Below, piece by piece: positions 36,178-46,444 of a stretch of 64,000 nucleotides of DNA. The stretch is from an uncultured Bacteroidales bacterium (GTDB lineage Bacteria > Bacteroidota > Bacteroidia > Bacteroidales > UBA10428), in NCBI GenBank assembly GCA_964615995.1, contig CAZTSR010000011.1, positions 11,228-75,227 on the forward strand. Reading direction: 5' to 3'. Position 1 is the first letter of the stretch. Every line of letters starts with the position of its first letter. Made by a program: the position numbers and the translations under genes. The notes under the pieces were generated by a model that was given only the letters and a program-made list of their open reading frames with translations, was not told where the DNA came from and made no database searches.

Positions 36178-37068
36178 ATGGCAAAAAAGAATGTATTAGG
36201 AAGAGGATTGGGAGCGTTGATAGAAGAAGCGGGACCAAATAATGAAGTTCTTGTAGAAAAATCCATTACAGGTGGTACCGATGTCGACATCAACCGGGTT
36301 GATACCAACCCGTTTCAGCCTCGCACCATATTTGATGAAGAAGCCTTGAATGAACTCGCTTCTTCAATTAAAGAAATAGGCGTGATACAGCCTATCACTG
36401 TCCGTGAAATGGAAAATGGCCGGTATCAGCTTATTACAGGCGAACGCCGTTTCAGAGCATCACGGATTGCCGGATTGCAACGTATCCCTGCTTACATCCG
36501 CACAGCAGACGATCAGGGTATGCTCGAAATGGCACTGGTTGAAAATATTCAACGTGAGGACCTCAATGCTATTGACATTGCAATTACATATCAGCGACTG
36601 GTAGAAGAATGTTCACTTACCCAGGAGAACCTCAGTACCCGCGTAGGTAAAAAAAGAGCTACCGTTGCCAATTATTTGAGACTGCTGAAACTCCCTGCCG
36701 AAATTCAGGTGGGATTAAAGGAAGCCAAAATATCCATGGGTCACGCACGCGCACTGGTAGCCGTTGAAGACCCTCACGATCAGCTGAAACTCTTTTACAG
36801 AATCGTCGAAGAGGAGCTTTCGGTGAGAAAGACTGAAGAACTGGCCCGAAAAGTGGAAACCGACCTGATCAAACAGGCAAAAGAAGTTATTGAAGAAAAA
36901 GAACAGTCTCAGCCCTATGAAGACCTTAAAAATCAGCTGTCTGACTTCTTTAGTGCCCGCGTTTCTTTCCAGCATAACCACAATGGATCTGGAAAAATTG
37001 TAATCCCCTTTCGATCAGATGATGAACTCGAAAGAATTATAGGTATATTTGACCGGCTAAAAGAATAA
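36178..37068 (+). CDS. parB: chromosome partitioning protein ParB/Spo0J
   Basis: 296-aa ORF with the ParB box GERRFRASRIAG, NPFQPR, and the HTH region LTQENLSTRVGKKRATVANYLRLL. Confidence 0.9.
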   Translation: MAKKNVLGRGLGALIEEAGPNNEVLVEKSITGGTDVDINRVDTNPFQPRTIFDEEALNELASSIKEIGVIQPITVREMENGRYQLITGERRFRASRIAGLQRIPAYIRTADDQGMLEMALVENIQREDLNAIDIAITYQRLVEECSLTQENLSTRVGKKRATVANYLRLLKLPAEIQVGLKEAKISMGHARALVAVEDPHDQLKLFYRIVEEELSVRKTEELARKVETDLIKQAKEVIEEKEQSQPYEDLKNQLSDFFSARVSFQHNHNGSGKIVIPFRSDDELERIIGIFDRLKE

Positions 37069-37073
37069 ACCGG

Positions 37074-37694
37074 TTGATCTTGATATCGAATTCGTTAAAA
37101 AGTCATAGGAGGTCCCCTTTCGGTTTTGTCTTCCGGCTTACTGTTGCCGGGTTGTTATTCATTTGCTCTTTTGCTCACGCACAGGAACAGGATAGTATTT
37201 TTTTTAATTCCGGGGATACGCTGTCCGTTATTCCAGACACCCTGGTGCGCAACCATTCACCTCGTAAAGCATTAATGTATTCTTTAATTTGTCCGGGATT
37301 GGGACAGGTTTATAATAAGAAATACTGGAAAATTCCGTTTATATACGGTGCCGGTGGTGCATTTTTGTATTTTATCAATTACAACCAGACAAAATATAAA
37401 AAATTCCGTGATGCAAGGTTTGACGAAAGAGTGACAAAACGGACTGTGGTGATTGATGGGTACGCCTATCAGTATGACAATCTTGAGATCGCTCAGGATT
37501 ATTTCCGAAGATACCGGGATCTTAGTATTGCCGGATTTGCGGCTATATACCTTATTAGTGCCATAGATGCCATGGTTGACGCACATTTCTTTTATTATGA
37601 TATTTCGGAAAATTTATCCATGAGAATTCAACCAGCTGTTGAAAATCCCGGATACTTTGCTACATTAGGCTTTAAGATTAACTTTGGCTTTTAG
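37074..37694 (+). CDS. DUF5683-family protein
   Basis: 206-aa ORF with a signal peptide (...LLFICSFAHA-QEQ) and the block ALMYSLICPGLGQVYNKKYWKIPFIYG typical of DUF5683. It conserves the position after parB. It needs a non-ATG (TTG) start at 37074 or 37080, because the first in-frame ATG lies after the signal peptide. Confidence 0.6.
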   Translation: MILISNSLKSHRRSPFGFVFRLTVAGLLFICSFAHAQEQDSIFFNSGDTLSVIPDTLVRNHSPRKALMYSLICPGLGQVYNKKYWKIPFIYGAGGAFLYFINYNQTKYKKFRDARFDERVTKRTVVIDGYAYQYDNLEIAQDYFRRYRDLSIAGFAAIYLISAIDAMVDAHFFYYDISENLSMRIQPAVENPGYFATLGFKINFGF

Positions 37695-37711
37695 TTTTTA
37701 AACCTGACACC

Positions 37712-39289
37712 ATGAAGCAATTGATATGTACTGCTTTCCTGCTCACCTCTTTGCTAAACTCTTTCTCCTCCTTCGGTAGTCCATTAGATACAATACCCAT
37801 CCAGATAGCAGAAGACACCACTATTTCAGATATTAATTTCGATGAAAACCTGGATAGCTTATTGAATCTTTATTATGTCGGGCAATCTGTTGCCAACGAT
37901 CCTGATTTCTGGAAAAACGCTGCGGATAACAATATTCCCGAATTTTCCGATTCTGTATATATAGCGCGGCTGAAGAATATCCCAACAGTTGTGGATCTTA
38001 CCTATAATTCAATTGTTAGAAGATATATTGAAGTATATACCAAGGAAAAAAGGGCTTCTGTAGGCGTAATGCTTGGCCTTGCCCAGTATTATTTCCCTTT
38101 GTTTGATGAGATATTCGACTATTACGATGTCCCTAATGAAATGAAATACATGTCGATTATTGAATCGGCACTAAATCCCCGCGCTTATTCGCGAACCCGT
38201 GCAGTCGGGTTGTGGCAGTTCATGTATGGGACCGGCAGGTTATACGGACTTAATGTAAACTCCCTGGTTGATGAACGCCGCGATCCTATTAAATCCACAC
38301 ACGCTGCAGCACGCTTTTGCAAAGACCTGTATAGTATTTATAACGACTGGATTCTTGTAATAGCCGCCTATAATTGCGGTCCGGGTAATGTTAACAAGGC
38401 CATCCGCCGTTCAGGGGGGAAAAGGAATTACTGGGATATTTATTACTACCTCCCCAAAGAAACCCGTGGCCATGTGCCTGCTTTTATTGCCGCCACCTAT
38501 ATGATGAATTATTACAGGGAGCATAACCTGACACCCGTACCAATTACTTTTCCTGTCGGCAGTGATACCATTATGATCACAAAGAATTTACATCTCTCAC
38601 AGGTCTCTGAAGTCCTGGGTGTCCCCTTACAATTGCTTCGTGATATGAACCCTCAATATAGAGTAGATATCATTCCGGTCACTGATAAGCCAATGACTCT
38701 GCGACTGCCTTTGGACATGGCCGGTAAATTCATTGACCGTGAAAAAGAGATTTATGCTTTTAAGGATTCTGTATATTTTAACCCGGAAAAAGTAATTACC
38801 AGCCCCACCGCCTTTGACGCCTCATCGAGCGAACCTCCTCCCGGCAACCAGGCTAAGCTTACTTACACCGTAAAAAACGGCGATAACCTTGGGTTTATTT
38901 CTATGTGGTACAATGTAAGAGTTTCTGACATTCGCTACTGGAACAACATCCGGAATAATAAAATTCGTGCAGGACAGAAACTTATCATTTATGTTCCCCG
39001 AAACAAGGTGAGCCGGTATGAAGACATTAATTCTCTTTCATTTTCCGAAAAACAGGCACGTGTAGGCGCTCCGGCTGCCAATACTGCGGCCGCACCTGTT
39101 TCAAAACCTTCTGTAACAGCTAATTCGGGTGATTATGTTGTATATACCGTTAAATCGGGAGATACGATCTGGGATATTCTGAAGAAATATCCGGGAGTCA
39201 CTGAATCTGAAATTATCAGGTTGAACAATCTTTCAAGTTCAGCTAAAATTCAGGCAGGTCAAAAGTTAAAGATCAAACCAAAATCCTGA
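37712..39289 (+). CDS. lytic murein transglycosylase (SLT domain) with two C-terminal LysM domains, MltD-like
   Basis: 525-aa ORF with a signal peptide and an SLT catalytic block MSIIESALNPRAYSRTRAVGLWQFM...AAYNCGPGNV. The two LysM units are YTVKNGDNLGFISMWYNV...AGQKLIIYV and YTVKSGDTIWDILKKY...AGQKLKI. Confidence 0.85.
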   Translation: MKQLICTAFLLTSLLNSFSSFGSPLDTIPIQIAEDTTISDINFDENLDSLLNLYYVGQSVANDPDFWKNAADNNIPEFSDSVYIARLKNIPTVVDLTYNSIVRRYIEVYTKEKRASVGVMLGLAQYYFPLFDEIFDYYDVPNEMKYMSIIESALNPRAYSRTRAVGLWQFMYGTGRLYGLNVNSLVDERRDPIKSTHAAARFCKDLYSIYNDWILVIAAYNCGPGNVNKAIRRSGGKRNYWDIYYYLPKETRGHVPAFIAATYMMNYYREHNLTPVPITFPVGSDTIMITKNLHLSQVSEVLGVPLQLLRDMNPQYRVDIIPVTDKPMTLRLPLDMAGKFIDREKEIYAFKDSVYFNPEKVITSPTAFDASSSEPPPGNQAKLTYTVKNGDNLGFISMWYNVRVSDIRYWNNIRNNKIRAGQKLIIYVPRNKVSRYEDINSLSFSEKQARVGAPAANTAAAPVSKPSVTANSGDYVVYTVKSGDTIWDILKKYPGVTESEIIRLNNLSSSAKIQAGQKLKIKPKS

Positions 39290-39388
39290 AACGCTTTATT
39301 GAATCTGCCGTATACTTGAAACCATACTGACTATCTGCCCGCTTTTGCAGATAAAGTCCAGTAAGGCCTTACTTTTAAACTACTTTAA

Positions 39389-40831
39389 ATGAGACCTTCA
39401 GGTGTCCTCTTTTTCCTGTTACTGGTTTTTGGTTTGCTCTTTGCCATTGCTTTCATATTTCCTACTGAAGGGATCCAGCTTTCGGAAAACATAAAAATTG
39501 ACTTCTATTCAAAAAACGATATTCTGGGCTCAAATACGGTGAAATATGCCGATATCCATAAAATTCTGGATCAGCAAAAGCTCCTTAACGATACCGTCAT
39601 TACGGCCATGGCACTGGGCGACTCCATCCGAAAAATCAGTGCCGACAGTCTCAGTAAAAGCATTACACAAATTGAATATCCTCCAAATGATGGTACACTT
39701 CTTTATTCCTTTTTCAAATCTTTGAGAAACCTGCCATCTTCAGGTGAACTGATCCGCATCATGCATTATGGCGATTCCCAGATTGAAGATGACCGGATTA
39801 CTTCATTGCTCCGGAACCGCCTTCAGACAAAATTCGGAGGCTCAGGAGTCGGTTTAATCCCCGCATCCCAACTTTATCCATACGCCTTTTCAATGAAACA
39901 GGTCAGTTCAGACAACTGGTCGAGATACATTGGCTTTGGCCGTATGGATACCGGAGTTAAGCACAATCGTTACGGCGCTTTGGCCAGCTTCTGCTCTTTT
40001 ACTCCTGCCGGAACGACCAGTCGTGACACTCTTGAAGCATGGGTTCGTTTTGAAGTTTCGCCTTACGCTTATCAAAATACAAAATCATTTACGCAATGCA
40101 GGGTATTTTATGGACATAACACTGAGCCCTTCCTGAACGAACTGCATATCGACCGTCAGTTGGCTGATGCTGATTTCTTTCCCCCCTCAGCAGAAATGGG
40201 CACCATCCGATGGACGTTGAACAGTCCGGCTAAAGAACTCATGCTTAAGTTCAAAGGGCAGTCCAGTCCGGAGATATACGGAATCGCTCTCGATGCTCAA
40301 AAAGGAATTGCCGTAGATAACATTCCGCTCAGAGGATGTTCCGGACTTTTTTTCACCGCCCTGGATGAAGCCTTGCTTGCCAGCATGTATAAGGAACTGA
40401 ACGTGAAGCTTTTTATACTTCAGTTTGGAGGAAATTTTGTGCCATCGGGACTTGAAAATTTTACCGGTTATGAAAACTGGTTTTACAGTCAGATCATACG
40501 GATCAAAAAATTATGCCCGTCTGCAAAAATTCTGGTCATCGGTGTGGCCGATATGTCCATGAAACAGAAAAATAGCTATATTTCCAACCCTAATGTTGAA
40601 AAAGTACGGGATGCACTAAAATCTGCTTCCTTTAAAGCAGGAGCTGCATTCTGGGATATGTATAAAGCTATGGGCGGAGAAAACTCAATGCCTTCATGGG
40701 TTTTTGCCGATCCCCCTCTGGCTTCAGATGATTTTGTGCATTTCAATCCGCGGGGAGCTAAAATAATGGCTCAGATGTTTTATAATGCGTTCATGCTCGA
40801 ATATCATAAATATGAAAAATATGCGCAGTAG
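39389..40831 (+). CDS. membrane-anchored SGNH/GDSL-family hydrolase or acyltransferase
   Basis: 480-aa ORF with an N-terminal TM anchor. SGNH blocks: I HYGDSQIEDD, III LQFGGNF, V DDFVHF (DxxH). Confidence 0.65.
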   Translation: MRPSGVLFFLLLVFGLLFAIAFIFPTEGIQLSENIKIDFYSKNDILGSNTVKYADIHKILDQQKLLNDTVITAMALGDSIRKISADSLSKSITQIEYPPNDGTLLYSFFKSLRNLPSSGELIRIMHYGDSQIEDDRITSLLRNRLQTKFGGSGVGLIPASQLYPYAFSMKQVSSDNWSRYIGFGRMDTGVKHNRYGALASFCSFTPAGTTSRDTLEAWVRFEVSPYAYQNTKSFTQCRVFYGHNTEPFLNELHIDRQLADADFFPPSAEMGTIRWTLNSPAKELMLKFKGQSSPEIYGIALDAQKGIAVDNIPLRGCSGLFFTALDEALLASMYKELNVKLFILQFGGNFVPSGLENFTGYENWFYSQIIRIKKLCPSAKILVIGVADMSMKQKNSYISNPNVEKVRDALKSASFKAGAAFWDMYKAMGGENSMPSWVFADPPLASDDFVHFNPRGAKIMAQMFYNAFMLEYHKYEKYAQ

Positions 40832-42086
40832 TTGGGTACTCTTTGCCTTGCTTATTTTTCAAACCGTTTCTGGTCAATATATGCCTACTGAACCGGAATC
40901 TGCCGGATTTCCATTTATACAATATCAGTCAAACCGTTTTGAAGGGGTTCAGAATAACCCCTACTACCAGGATCTGTATGCCAAATTCGACAGTCTGATC
41001 AAAAAAGGAGACAACCAAATCCATATCGTTCACATTGGAGGTTCACATATTCAGGCAGATATATATACACATCGTATCCGGCAGGATCTGCAGAGCTTGA
41101 ATCCCGGAATTCTCGGTTCAAGGGGGTTCTTTTTCCCTTACAAAATTGCCAAAACCAACAGCCCCTCGAACCTTTCCATTCAATACACCGGGGAATGGCT
41201 CACTTCCAAAAACACACAAGCCACTCCGGAATACACACTGGGCCTGTCAGGGATGACATCCCAGCTTGCTTCACAAAAAGGAAGTCTTCAGATTTTTGCC
41301 CGCTTCGACTCATCACACGCCTATGACTTTAACCGGCTGAGGATTTTCTGCAATATCAGCGACATTCAAAAGGCACCCGAAATTGAACCTCAGGGTATTG
41401 TTGACCGGATCACCATTAACAAGGAAGGCGCCTATGTTCAATACAATCTGAAAGGTTATTTGGATACCCTTAAAATCAGCATCATCCGGGACAGCGCTTC
41501 TGCCCCCTTTGAGCTTTATGGAATAAGTATGGAAAGCGATGATCCGGGCGTCATCTATAATACTATCGGCGTAAATGGGGCCATGCTGAAATCATACCTG
41601 CGATGCGGACTCTTCAAACAACAATTAAAGGCTTTGGAACCCGATTGGATTATCCTATCCATAGGAACAAACGAAGGAAACACTTTTGAATTTAATGAAA
41701 CAGCATACCGTACCGAATACCTCAGACTGCTGGATTCCATCCGGTCTGTTGCTCCAAATGCGGCCATTCTGCTTACTGTTCCAAACGACTGTTACCTCCG
41801 CAAAAGGTATGTAAATCATAATACTGAGCGCATCAGACAAATCATATTTGATATAGCCGGAACTGGAAATTACGGGGTATGGGATTTTTATACGATCATG
41901 GGGGGACTGAATTCAGTAAAATCATGGTATTCAAGCGGACTTATGAGTGCCGATCACATTCATTTCAGCAAACCGGGATATCTGATTAAAGGAGACCTGT
42001 TCTTTTCGGCATTTATGAACAGCTGGGGCGATTATGAGCAATCTCCGCCGATCCCGGAAGAAAAGACGTTATCTGCAACAAAATAA
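40812..42086 (+). CDS. secreted SGNH-family hydrolase or acyltransferase
   Basis: The track ORF starts at 40785. The Met at 40812 (or 40821) gives a signal peptide (...WVLFALLIFQTVSG-QYM) and overlaps the upstream stop. SGNH blocks: I HIGGSHIQAD, III LSIGTNEGN, V ADHIHF. Confidence 0.65.
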   Translation: MKNMRSSWVLFALLIFQTVSGQYMPTEPESAGFPFIQYQSNRFEGVQNNPYYQDLYAKFDSLIKKGDNQIHIVHIGGSHIQADIYTHRIRQDLQSLNPGILGSRGFFFPYKIAKTNSPSNLSIQYTGEWLTSKNTQATPEYTLGLSGMTSQLASQKGSLQIFARFDSSHAYDFNRLRIFCNISDIQKAPEIEPQGIVDRITINKEGAYVQYNLKGYLDTLKISIIRDSASAPFELYGISMESDDPGVIYNTIGVNGAMLKSYLRCGLFKQQLKALEPDWIILSIGTNEGNTFEFNETAYRTEYLRLLDSIRSVAPNAAILLTVPNDCYLRKRYVNHNTERIRQIIFDIAGTGNYGVWDFYTIMGGLNSVKSWYSSGLMSADHIHFSKPGYLIKGDLFFSAFMNSWGDYEQSPPIPEEKTLSATK

Positions 42087-42124
42087 ACTTCTAAAAACCC
42101 ATTGAACTAATTGAATCTTATAGC

Positions 42125-44623
42125 ATGAAAACCCTTTCTCTGATTTCCTTTATGGTAGCCGTATCTGCGTTTTTCCTCCCAGAAAAAGTTTGGGCACAGC
42201 AAAATCCTGATACTCTGGCCTCCATGCCATTCAGGCAAATTATAACAGGTGAAAATTTTAACCATGCCGGATATTCCGGTGATGTGCTGCAATTGATTTC
42301 AGGTGTAGCACCCGGATTGAGTTATACCAAAAAAGGCAGCGATCCGAATGTGCCTGCAACAATTTCTGTAAGAGGATATACTTCTGAGGATGATCCATCC
42401 GGAGTCTTTTGCATTATTGACGGTGTATACGGAGCTGATCCCCGCTGGCTTTCACCTGAGGATATTGAAAGCTTTGAAGTAATTACCGATGCCGCTGCTG
42501 CCGCAGCCTATGGAAGCAGAGGGAGATCGGGCGTGATCGTGATTAAAACCAAATCACATCAGGGTAACCGGAAATTTGGGGTGAATTTCGCCACCACCAT
42601 CTCTTTGAATAAGCCAACAAAAAAATTGGATGTGCTTTCTGCAGATGAATTCCGAACCATCGAATCTGCTATTGACGAAGGCGGATCTACGGACTGGCAG
42701 GAAGAAATATTCAGAAACTCCGTATCACAAAATTATAATTTGGGTTTTTCAGGCAATCTGAATCAAACCAACTACAGAATCTCAGTTTTTCATAGAAATA
42801 ACCAGGGTATTGTGCGCGCATCCGGGGCTAGAAATACGGGTGTCTACCTGAATCTTTCGCATAAGGCTTTGCAGAACCGCCTTACATTAGGAACCACCTT
42901 GCACTTCTCCCAGGGTAAAAACGAGATTTTGCCTAACTACGCAACGTCTGATATAAGAAATAACATATTCTTAAACGCGCTTTATCGAAATCCTACATAT
43001 CCTGTACGTAATCCGGATGGTTCATTTCACGAATTGCTTTACTACAATCCTGTTGCCATTCTTGAGTATACCCATAATGATAGCACAACAAATAATGCCC
43101 TGATGAGCATTAACGGACAATATCAAATTACTGAAAATATCCAGTTCGGCTTTAATACAGGCTTTTCAAACTCAAAGTCTGAAAGAGATTTTTATCAACC
43201 TTATAATTATCCCTCCGAAAGATATTATGATGGCATGCATCATTCCAAAAGGTTCAATTGGGAAGCCCATCTTTCGTTTCAGAAAAATATCAACGATCAC
43301 AATTTCAATCTAAGATTCAAATACCTGGGAATTCAGGAAAACACAGAAATTGATGATGAAGGAACAGATGAATTCACCATCATGGATCGTAATCGAACCA
43401 TCACACAACTGGTTCCTCAAATCGACTACCGGTATCACAATTTTTTCTTATCTGCACAGATAAACACTGAGTTTCTTAAAAATGATTACACCATTCATGA
43501 AGCCTATCATGAAGATGGTACATATTATAATATAAGTTATCCTAAAAAAGAAAAATTGAAAGGTTTCTTTCCTGCCATTCATGCTGGAATTGACTTGTCA
43601 CAAGAAATCGGCTATTTTGATAAGTTCATGGTGACTGCAGGCTATGGAATTGTGGGACATATAAGCAATGAAGTATTAGAAAACATTATGTCTGATGTGG
43701 ATATGGAACGAACGGGTGAGATCACAGCAGGTATAAACTATGAACTTCCAGGTCAGAGATTTTCCGGCTCTCTGCTCTATTTTAGCAGAAATACTAAAAA
43801 TCAGATCAGGGAAATATGGCAGGATTTGGGTGGATTTTTATATGTATTTGGACCGACAAATGATCTGAGAATCCGAAATAGTGGTTTCGAAGCAATGGTC
43901 CATGCAATACCTGTTAAAACAGAGAAAATCAAGTGGAATACCTCGTTTTGTTTCTTCACCAATAAAAGCCTCGTAAAATCTACTAAATCAGGCCTGGATG
44001 ATGAAAGGGTTGGAAGCTATTATTATCATGGCGATTTAAGCGCAGTCCAGGTCATTAAACCTGGAAATGCTTATCCCAGCTTTTACATGCCGGAAATAAC
44101 CGGATATGATGAATATGGAAACCCTACTTATAAAACCAATTCGTATGGCCGCATTTTCTTTATCAAGGGACAACCCCAACCAAAAATTGAAATGGGCTGG
44201 AATAACCATTTGTGTATTGCTGAAAAGCTGACGATATCAATAAGTTTGAGATACGCTGGAGGCTATGCCATTTTCAATGCAACGAAGTCGAATCTTTCTG
44301 AACCATTTAATCTTCCCGATCAAAATATGAATCATAACGGATTGGCAAATTATGAATTAGATCACTTTAGCTCCCCATATGATGCCAAATATCTGGAAAA
44401 TGCTTCATTTCTCCGGTTGGAAAATGTGACCATAGGTTACACATTCCAACCAAAAAGCAGTGATGCATCCGGAAATCTGACTGTATTCATGGGTGCTGAC
44501 AATCTGTTTACATGGACCAATTATGATGGATACGACCCTGCCGGGTATAGTGACGGCATTGATGCGTTCAATGTTTATCCGCTCGCCCGGACCTACAATT
44601 TCGGATTGAGAATGAATCTTTGA
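42125..44623 (+). CDS. TonB-dependent-receptor-like outer membrane beta-barrel
   Basis: 832-aa ORF with a signal peptide (...PEKVWA-QQN) and a plug-like region (VRGYTS...IIDGVYG...EDIESFEVITDAAAAAAYGSRGRSGVIVIKTK). A long barrel rich in Y, N and G ends in ARTYNFGLRMNL. Confidence 0.7.
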   Translation: MKTLSLISFMVAVSAFFLPEKVWAQQNPDTLASMPFRQIITGENFNHAGYSGDVLQLISGVAPGLSYTKKGSDPNVPATISVRGYTSEDDPSGVFCIIDGVYGADPRWLSPEDIESFEVITDAAAAAAYGSRGRSGVIVIKTKSHQGNRKFGVNFATTISLNKPTKKLDVLSADEFRTIESAIDEGGSTDWQEEIFRNSVSQNYNLGFSGNLNQTNYRISVFHRNNQGIVRASGARNTGVYLNLSHKALQNRLTLGTTLHFSQGKNEILPNYATSDIRNNIFLNALYRNPTYPVRNPDGSFHELLYYNPVAILEYTHNDSTTNNALMSINGQYQITENIQFGFNTGFSNSKSERDFYQPYNYPSERYYDGMHHSKRFNWEAHLSFQKNINDHNFNLRFKYLGIQENTEIDDEGTDEFTIMDRNRTITQLVPQIDYRYHNFFLSAQINTEFLKNDYTIHEAYHEDGTYYNISYPKKEKLKGFFPAIHAGIDLSQEIGYFDKFMVTAGYGIVGHISNEVLENIMSDVDMERTGEITAGINYELPGQRFSGSLLYFSRNTKNQIREIWQDLGGFLYVFGPTNDLRIRNSGFEAMVHAIPVKTEKIKWNTSFCFFTNKSLVKSTKSGLDDERVGSYYYHGDLSAVQVIKPGNAYPSFYMPEITGYDEYGNPTYKTNSYGRIFFIKGQPQPKIEMGWNNHLCIAEKLTISISLRYAGGYAIFNATKSNLSEPFNLPDQNMNHNGLANYELDHFSSPYDAKYLENASFLRLENVTIGYTFQPKSSDASGNLTVFMGADNLFTWTNYDGYDPAGYSDGIDAFNVYPLARTYNFGLRMNL

Positions 44624-44640
44624 ACCTGATTGAACAGACG

Positions 44641-46299
44641 ATGCTGGAACAACTCAAACAAATATTCCTCTTCAATTCCGATACGCCGCTTATTTTTACG
44701 CAGCTCTATTTCTGGGGATTTTTCCTGGTTGTTCTGTTAGTCTATTCATTTGTCTACAAGCAAAAGCCCGTAAGAAACACCTACCTGTGGCTTGTTTCCA
44801 TGTTTTTTTATTACAAAACCGGAGGACTTTTTCTTATAATCCTTCTGGCTTCTACCATTATTGATTTCTTTATCGGGAAGGCTATTTATCACGCAGATTC
44901 ACAGGCTAAAAAGAAAGCATGGCTTTCGTTAAGCCTTACCATCACACTGTCTGTTCTCGCCTTTTTTAAATACGATATCTTTTTCACAGAAACCCTCAAC
45001 GCCCTGCTCGGAACAAATTTTTCCGTCGTCAATCACGGTGCCGCATGGTCGAACGCTATATTGGGAACGCATTTCGATATTGGAAAACTCCTTCCCCCCG
45101 TAGGAATCTCGTTTTTCACTTTCCAAACCATCAGCTATGCCATTGATGTTTACAGGGGACAAGTGAAACCTGTAGAAAAGCTTACGGATTATGGCTTTTT
45201 TGTTTCTTTCTTCCCCCAATTGGTTGCCGGTCCTATTGTCAGAGCTTCCCAGTTCATTCCTCAAATCTATAAAGATTATTCTGTAAGCCGCGAAGAATTC
45301 GGACTGGCCCTGTTTATGATTCTCCAGGGACTCTTTAAAAAGCTCTTTATTGGCGATTATATAGCCTTGAACCTGATCGACCGGGTTTTTGCAAATCCGG
45401 TTTCCTATACAGGGTTTGAAAATCTGATGAGCCTTTATGGATATTCGCTTCAGGTATACTGTGATTTTTCGGGTTACACCGATATGGCTACCGGTCTGGC
45501 TTTGCTGATGGGATTTCGTTTACCAAAGAATTTCAATTCTCCGTACAAGGCCAAAAATACGGGTGAATTCTGGAAACGCTGGCATATGTCGCTTTCCTCC
45601 TGGCTTAAAGACTATTTATACATCCCAATGGGCGGAAACAGAGGTGCTTCTCCATTCACCTATATCAGCATTATTCTGGTTCTCGGCTTTCTTGTTCTTC
45701 TTTCCGGCAACTGGCTTTTATTGCCCATTTTTTTGATGCTTATGATCATCACAGGCATTCTGATGCGGTTTTTTCCGGCACTCAGCCTGAATGTCAGCAC
45801 CAACATCAACCTGATGATGACCATGCTGATTGGCGGATTGTGGCATGGTGCCAGCTGGATGTTCATCATATGGGGCGGATTGAATGGCGTAGGCATCATT
45901 GTTTATAAATTCTGGCGCAAAATCAGTCCATATGAAAACTCACAACACTGGGCCGCCACATTCTGGAAGATATTCCTGACCTTTAACTTTATCACATTCA
46001 CACGGATCTGGTTCCGGGGCGAATCCATGCAGGGCATATCAGATCTGCTCGGCCAGATTGCATCCAACTTTGGATGGCAACAGGTGCCTGCAATGATTAT
46101 GGCATACCATAAGGTATTCCTGGTAATTATATTGGGTTTTGTTTTACATTGGCTGCCCGGCTCCTTCAAAACAAACTGGACGAACCGCTTTATTGCTTCA
46201 CCGTTCTACGTGAAAGCCATCATCAGCACCCTGGTTGTATTCGTCGTATATCAATCGCTTTCTGCAGATCTGCAGCCGTTTATTTACTTCCGGTTTTAA
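44641..46299 (+). CDS. MBOAT-family membrane O-acyltransferase (AlgI/PatA/DltB-like)
   Basis: The track ORF uses a TTG at 44620 that overlaps the upstream stop. The ATG at 44641 gives MLEQLKQIFLFNSDTPLIF. Typical MBOAT blocks are present: GISFFTFQTISYAIDVYRG, FWKRWHMSLSSWLKDYLYIPMGGNR, and the conserved His in GGLWHGASW. Confidence 0.85.
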   Translation: MLEQLKQIFLFNSDTPLIFTQLYFWGFFLVVLLVYSFVYKQKPVRNTYLWLVSMFFYYKTGGLFLIILLASTIIDFFIGKAIYHADSQAKKKAWLSLSLTITLSVLAFFKYDIFFTETLNALLGTNFSVVNHGAAWSNAILGTHFDIGKLLPPVGISFFTFQTISYAIDVYRGQVKPVEKLTDYGFFVSFFPQLVAGPIVRASQFIPQIYKDYSVSREEFGLALFMILQGLFKKLFIGDYIALNLIDRVFANPVSYTGFENLMSLYGYSLQVYCDFSGYTDMATGLALLMGFRLPKNFNSPYKAKNTGEFWKRWHMSLSSWLKDYLYIPMGGNRGASPFTYISIILVLGFLVLLSGNWLLLPIFLMLMIITGILMRFFPALSLNVSTNINLMMTMLIGGLWHGASWMFIIWGGLNGVGIIVYKFWRKISPYENSQHWAATFWKIFLTFNFITFTRIWFRGESMQGISDLLGQIASNFGWQQVPAMIMAYHKVFLVIILGFVLHWLPGSFKTNWTNRFIASPFYVKAIISTLVVFVVYQSLSADLQPFIYFRF

Positions 46300-46444
46300 T
46301 CCGCATAAATAAGCTACCTAATAGAGTATTATCCTGATATAAATGCTTTTAAAAATTAACTATTTTTAATGGCGCAATTCGCTTCATTTGTTTGGAATAA
46401 ACATCCATGGGCTTATTGAAATCTATTAAATCCGCTATCAACTG

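Noticed and set aside
39332-39353. Hairpin TATCTGC-N8-GCAGATA after the LysM transglycosylase gene, considered as a terminator
   Set aside because: The stem is short and AT-containing, and no T-tract follows it. It is not convincing as an intrinsic terminator.
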